From Candidatus Poribacteria bacterium (GTDB lineage: Bacteria; Poribacteria; WGA-4E; WGA-3G), in assembly GCA_965197475.1 (NCBI GenBank), contig CBDANF010000003.1, positions 1,760,001 to 1,824,000 of the forward strand: 64,000 bases of DNA, in the 5' to 3' direction. Below the pieces are notes generated by a model that did no database searches, had not been told where the DNA came from, and was given only the letters and a program-made list of their open reading frames with translations. Each line of letters starts with the position of its first letter. Positions within the stretch are counted from its first letter, which is position 1. The position numbers and the translations under genes are program-made. This document shows, piece after piece, positions 60,662-64,000 of this stretch.

Positions 60662-61105
60662 TCAATTGCCCGACGCTCCGCCGCCTTCGTCTTCAGAAAC
60701 GGCAAAAGCCACTTCAAGTCCTTCAACTTTAGCTGATCGTGCTTTTGCACGTTCTACCACGTCCATGACCCGTCCGTGTTTCGCGAGCTTATCTGCTTTA
60801 ATAATCAAGGTACTAATCTGGTGTTCATGGGAAGCTATAAAGAGTCCGACCTCTTCCAGAGTTTGCATCTCTTGATCATCAATAGCAATTCTGCCATCGC
60901 TGCTGATAAACAAGTTATATTTTTTCCTCGGAAATTCGTGTTCAGTAGAGGAATCTGGTAACGTGACACTAAACGGCGGGGGAACCCGCATGATGGCAGA
61001 AACCATGAAAAAAATGAGTAATAGAAATACACAATCAATCATAGGAGCCATCGGGATATCCTCGTCACTTGAGGTATTCCGTCTACGTCTCATTTGGAGA
61101 GCCAT
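60662..61105 (-). CDS. exbD: ExbD/TolR family protein
   Basis: PMIDCVFLLLIFFMV and IIKADK. Confidence 0.88.
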   Translation of the reverse strand: MALQMRRRRNTSSDEDIPMAPMIDCVFLLLIFFMVSAIMRVPPPFSVTLPDSSTEHEFPRKKYNLFISSDGRIAIDDQEMQTLEEVGLFIASHEHQISTLIIKADKLAKHGRVMDVVERAKARSAKVEGLEVAFAVSEDEGGGASGN

Positions 61106-61153
61106 TTGTATTCTCCTTCCACTACGGCTGGAACCGTAATTAGATTATGCGCG

Positions 61154-61603
61154 TCATTCTCGCGCGGTAATAGCAAATCCAATTTTATCAATACCTGCAT
61201 CTTTGGCTATATCCATTACTCGGACAATCTGTTCATGTAGAACATCTCGTCCGGATTGGACAATAAGCATCGTTTTCTGATCTTCAGGTGCAGTGAGAAG
61301 CAGTGAAAACATATCTTCAAACTGTACAACTGCGCCATTCAAAAGCATTGTGCCGGCTTTTTCATTGGCATTAGGATTATCAATTTTGACAACAAGCCCT
61401 TTTGGTTTGTCCTCTGAAGGCGGGCCAGGAGGCGGAAGTTGCACGCGAATTCCCGGCATTGGGGCAAAAGTTGTTGACACCATGAAGAAAATCAAGAGCA
61501 GGAACACACAATCAATCATAGGTGCCATACTGAGTGTAGGTGGTTTACGTTCCCGTATTCGGGTTGCCATCAGGCTCAATTTGGCTTCACCAAGTTGTTG
61601 CAT
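61154..61603 (-). CDS. exbD: ExbD/TolR family protein
   Basis: PMIDCVFLLLIFFMVST and VRVMDIAKDAG. Confidence 0.88.
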   Translation of the reverse strand: MQQLGEAKLSLMATRIRERKPPTLSMAPMIDCVFLLLIFFMVSTTFAPMPGIRVQLPPPGPPSEDKPKGLVVKIDNPNANEKAGTMLLNGAVVQFEDMFSLLLTAPEDQKTMLIVQSGRDVLHEQIVRVMDIAKDAGIDKIGFAITARE

Positions 61604-61661
61604 TTCAAGATTCTCCCTTTATGTAGGAGCAGGGCGAGTATATATTCCCGCCCGGCCGTAA

Positions 61662-62732
61662 TTAAGCGTTTGCTTCACCAACAATCAACTGGTTAACAAT
61701 TTCTGTGGATACCTGGGAGATTTCAACCATATGTCTATTTACCCAACTATCAAAGAGTTGGAAGAAAATCAGACAAGGAATAGCAATTGTTAAGCCGCCA
61801 GCAGTTGTGAGGAGTGCCTGGGAGATACCTCCCGCGAGTTGTTGCGGGTCACCGGTACCTTCAAGGGCAATAGTGGTAAAGGCGGTAATCATACCCGTAA
61901 CAGTTCCAAGCAGACCGAACAGTGGTGAAACCACAGCAACTGTTCCGAGTACGGGCAGGTTTCGTTCTAATTCTGGAATTTCAAGGAGACTTGCTTCTTC
62001 AATGGCTTCTTGGATTTCCTCTTTCGTAATATCTCGTTCTTCAATCTGGGCTTGACTATATCTGAGCAGTCCTGCTTTTAACACGTTGGCGAGCGGTCCT
62101 CCTGCTTCTTCACAAGTAGAGACAGCTTCCATAATGTTCTCTTTGCGCAATGAGTCAGCAATGCTTGCTATGAACTGTTCAGTTCCGATTCGTGAGCGGC
62201 TGCGGACAAATGTGAATAGTCTTTCAATAATGAAAGTTAACGCCACAATAGAACAGATGGCTAACGGATAGAAAACGAACCCAAATTTCTTGAAAAAAGA
62301 GATGATGTTATCTTTTTTTCTCATTTTGATCCGGTCAAATATCTCGCCTCCAGCAGCAACCACTTTCGATTTGCCTATTCGGTCACCATAACCTTCTTTA
62401 ACAACACTAATAATGTAACGCCCCGCGGGGAGTCCGGTCCTCTCATACTGACCATCTTTATCTGTTGTTACCGTATATTTTTGATCGTTACCACTATCCA
62501 CGATTGTAACGGTGACCCCTTCAATAGGGTTCTGCTCTGCGGAAGTATCAATAACTTCACCTTTAATCGTTGCCCCAGCACCCATGGGTTCATCTACTTC
62601 TTGAGTATCGGGACCCGCTTCAGGGGTATCAACACTTGGTGTCTCCACCGCTTCTTCTTCTTGTGCCATAATAATATTAGCTGACATAAACAAACACACA
62701 ACTAACATTAAAATCAAACTTAAACGAGTCAT
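61662..62732 (-). CDS. MotA/TolQ/ExbB protein with an N-terminal carboxypeptidase-regulatory-like beta domain
   Basis: Signal peptide, IKGEVID...PIEGVTVTI...TDKDGQY...LPAGRY, SPLFGLLGTVTGMI and GGISQALLTTAGGL. Confidence 0.88.
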   Translation of the reverse strand: MTRLSLILMLVVCLFMSANIIMAQEEEAVETPSVDTPEAGPDTQEVDEPMGAGATIKGEVIDTSAEQNPIEGVTVTIVDSGNDQKYTVTTDKDGQYERTGLPAGRYIISVVKEGYGDRIGKSKVVAAGGEIFDRIKMRKKDNIISFFKKFGFVFYPLAICSIVALTFIIERLFTFVRSRSRIGTEQFIASIADSLRKENIMEAVSTCEEAGGPLANVLKAGLLRYSQAQIEERDITKEEIQEAIEEASLLEIPELERNLPVLGTVAVVSPLFGLLGTVTGMITAFTTIALEGTGDPQQLAGGISQALLTTAGGLTIAIPCLIFFQLFDSWVNRHMVEISQVSTEIVNQLIVGEANA

Positions 62733-63071
62733 TCGTTCTGGTCTCCTTTAGTAATATGCCTATTTGGCAATAAGTTTCTATTTCTATAATTTAATAATGT
62801 GAAAAACATGTTTCTAACAACATGCTGCTACAGTGTATGAACTATTTCTGAATCATCAACACCTGAATACTTCAAAAGTTACACGTTTTTCAGGTTTTCC
62901 ATCTTATACTTTCTAAAGTTCATAGTTCTAAACAACAAACTTATATCCATTAACACCTGAGTGATTAAGAAGTTACGCTTTCGTTTGCATTAACCGAACG
63001 CAAGACATTTACGAATTTCCATAGTGGCTTGCTGGACACGATTTTTTCGCGTTCAGCAAGCCACTAAGAAC

Positions 63072-64000
63072 TTAGAATCCCATCATTGCTCGGACAAACG
63101 TTGTATTACTGGTTGTGCTTCTGCGCCGAATGGTTATGATTCTGTGCACAATGGTTGGCAAGATAGTTGTCCTACGATAACCCGCGAGAATGACGATATT
63201 GAAACCGAGCCATTCGCCTCTGTTGATGGCTTGGATTTCAAAAATTCGAGTCCGCAAATCCGGTCGGTAGTAATTATCTGGGACATCTTCATCCAGCGGG
63301 AAATTTCCCAGATAGTTTTTGAAATTATCATCTCGGTTGGTAAACTTTCTATATTGGAACCCGCCAAGGACGTTCATCCTCGGTGTAAATTGATAATCAA
63401 GGCGAACACCGAGAACATCTTCGCGACTTCTACGATTGAATCGTAAGTATTCAACCGGTTCCTCATCTGTCGGAACAAAGTACCGCGCGTTCAACACTAA
63501 GGGAATTTCCTCAGCACTTCTGTCGAAAGCTCGATCCCAAATATATTTAACCATAGGTGTCAGCGTTAAATCCTCGCCGATTCTGTCCATGAAAGGAAGA
63601 TCCCCAAGCGGGATTTCATATTTTGCCTTGAAAATCGTCTGCTGACTGCGTATGTTCCGTTCAGGGTAACGCCGTTTCTTCCAGTTATCAGCATCATAGA
63701 TTAAACCGACATCAGCAGCTGGGTCAAGTGGGTTAAGTCCGTGGTCAGGATAAAATGGATAGTCCCGTCTTTGAGCACTCGTCCGGACCTGTTCATCAGG
63801 GACCATGAAGTCAATGCGTTCATCCGGTTCAAACAAGTCTAATGCCGAATCATACTCAATATCTAAGAAGATAGCATCATCTTCTTCCAATTCAAATTGT
63901 TTCTGCAAAACAACGAGGAATTTAGCTTCCAGTGTGAGGTTAGGTAAGGCAGTATAAAGGAACTGAAGCGTTGTGGTATTTACCCGAGCGTTGTAGAAAT
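63072..64000 (-). CDS. Probable outer-membrane beta-barrel protein (3' part only)
   Basis: Frame open to the window edge. Amphipathic strands (LGVRLDYQF, VILAGYRR) and a terminal Phe. Upstream of exbB/exbD. Confidence 0.55.
   Translation of the reverse strand, partial: FYNARVNTTTLQFLYTALPNLTLEAKFLVVLQKQFELEEDDAIFLDIEYDSALDLFEPDERIDFMVPDEQVRTSAQRRDYPFYPDHGLNPLDPAADVGLIYDADNWKKRRYPERNIRSQQTIFKAKYEIPLGDLPFMDRIGEDLTLTPMVKYIWDRAFDRSAEEIPLVLNARYFVPTDEEPVEYLRFNRRSREDVLGVRLDYQFTPRMNVLGGFQYRKFTNRDDNFKNYLGNFPLDEDVPDNYYRPDLRTRIFEIQAINRGEWLGFNIVILAGYRRTTILPTIVHRIITIRRRSTTSNTTFVRAMMGF

Overview
Bacterial genomic window, moderately AT-rich. Dockerin-like DVNGDGVVNIQDLV motifs, internalin-type LRR fragments, ankyrin and WD40 proteins and iol genes suggest Candidatus Poribacteria or a similar host-associated lineage (inference, not a database result). 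The main feature is 1-9.2 kb: an ECF sigma factor followed, on the minus strand, by at least four tandem cassettes. Each cassette has a 54-55 aa two-Cys membrane peptide, then a membrane-anchored protein with an invariant N-terminus and a G(H/Y)WH motif, then a secreted protein. In the two complete cassettes the secreted protein has a variable body and an invariant Cys-rich C-terminus, and is followed by a hairpin and a ~60 aa ORF. Near-identical DNA linkers (up to ~0.95 kb) separate highly divergent ~2 kb cores, which looks like an uncharacterised polymorphic, recombination-shuffled effector/partner array. The rest of the window holds a GlyA-like enzyme, two Rieske-fusion paralogs around an ankyrin gene, a duplicated stand-alone PolX-HhH + MORN module, a rhodanese/tandem-PTPS/folE/SDR pterin cluster, two CNNM/CBS genes, eda, a Ser/Thr kinase and iolC/iolD. 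It continues with a scrambled 34.7-37.1 kb stretch (probably an assembly artefact), rlmB, radC, an Rsb-type partner-switching cluster, rpsA with large acidic repeat extensions, metK-ahcY-PfkB, a split ATPase-TOPRIM gene, lpdA, gltB and exbB/exbD genes. Many single-base frameshifts suggest consensus errors, so pseudogene calls are tentative.
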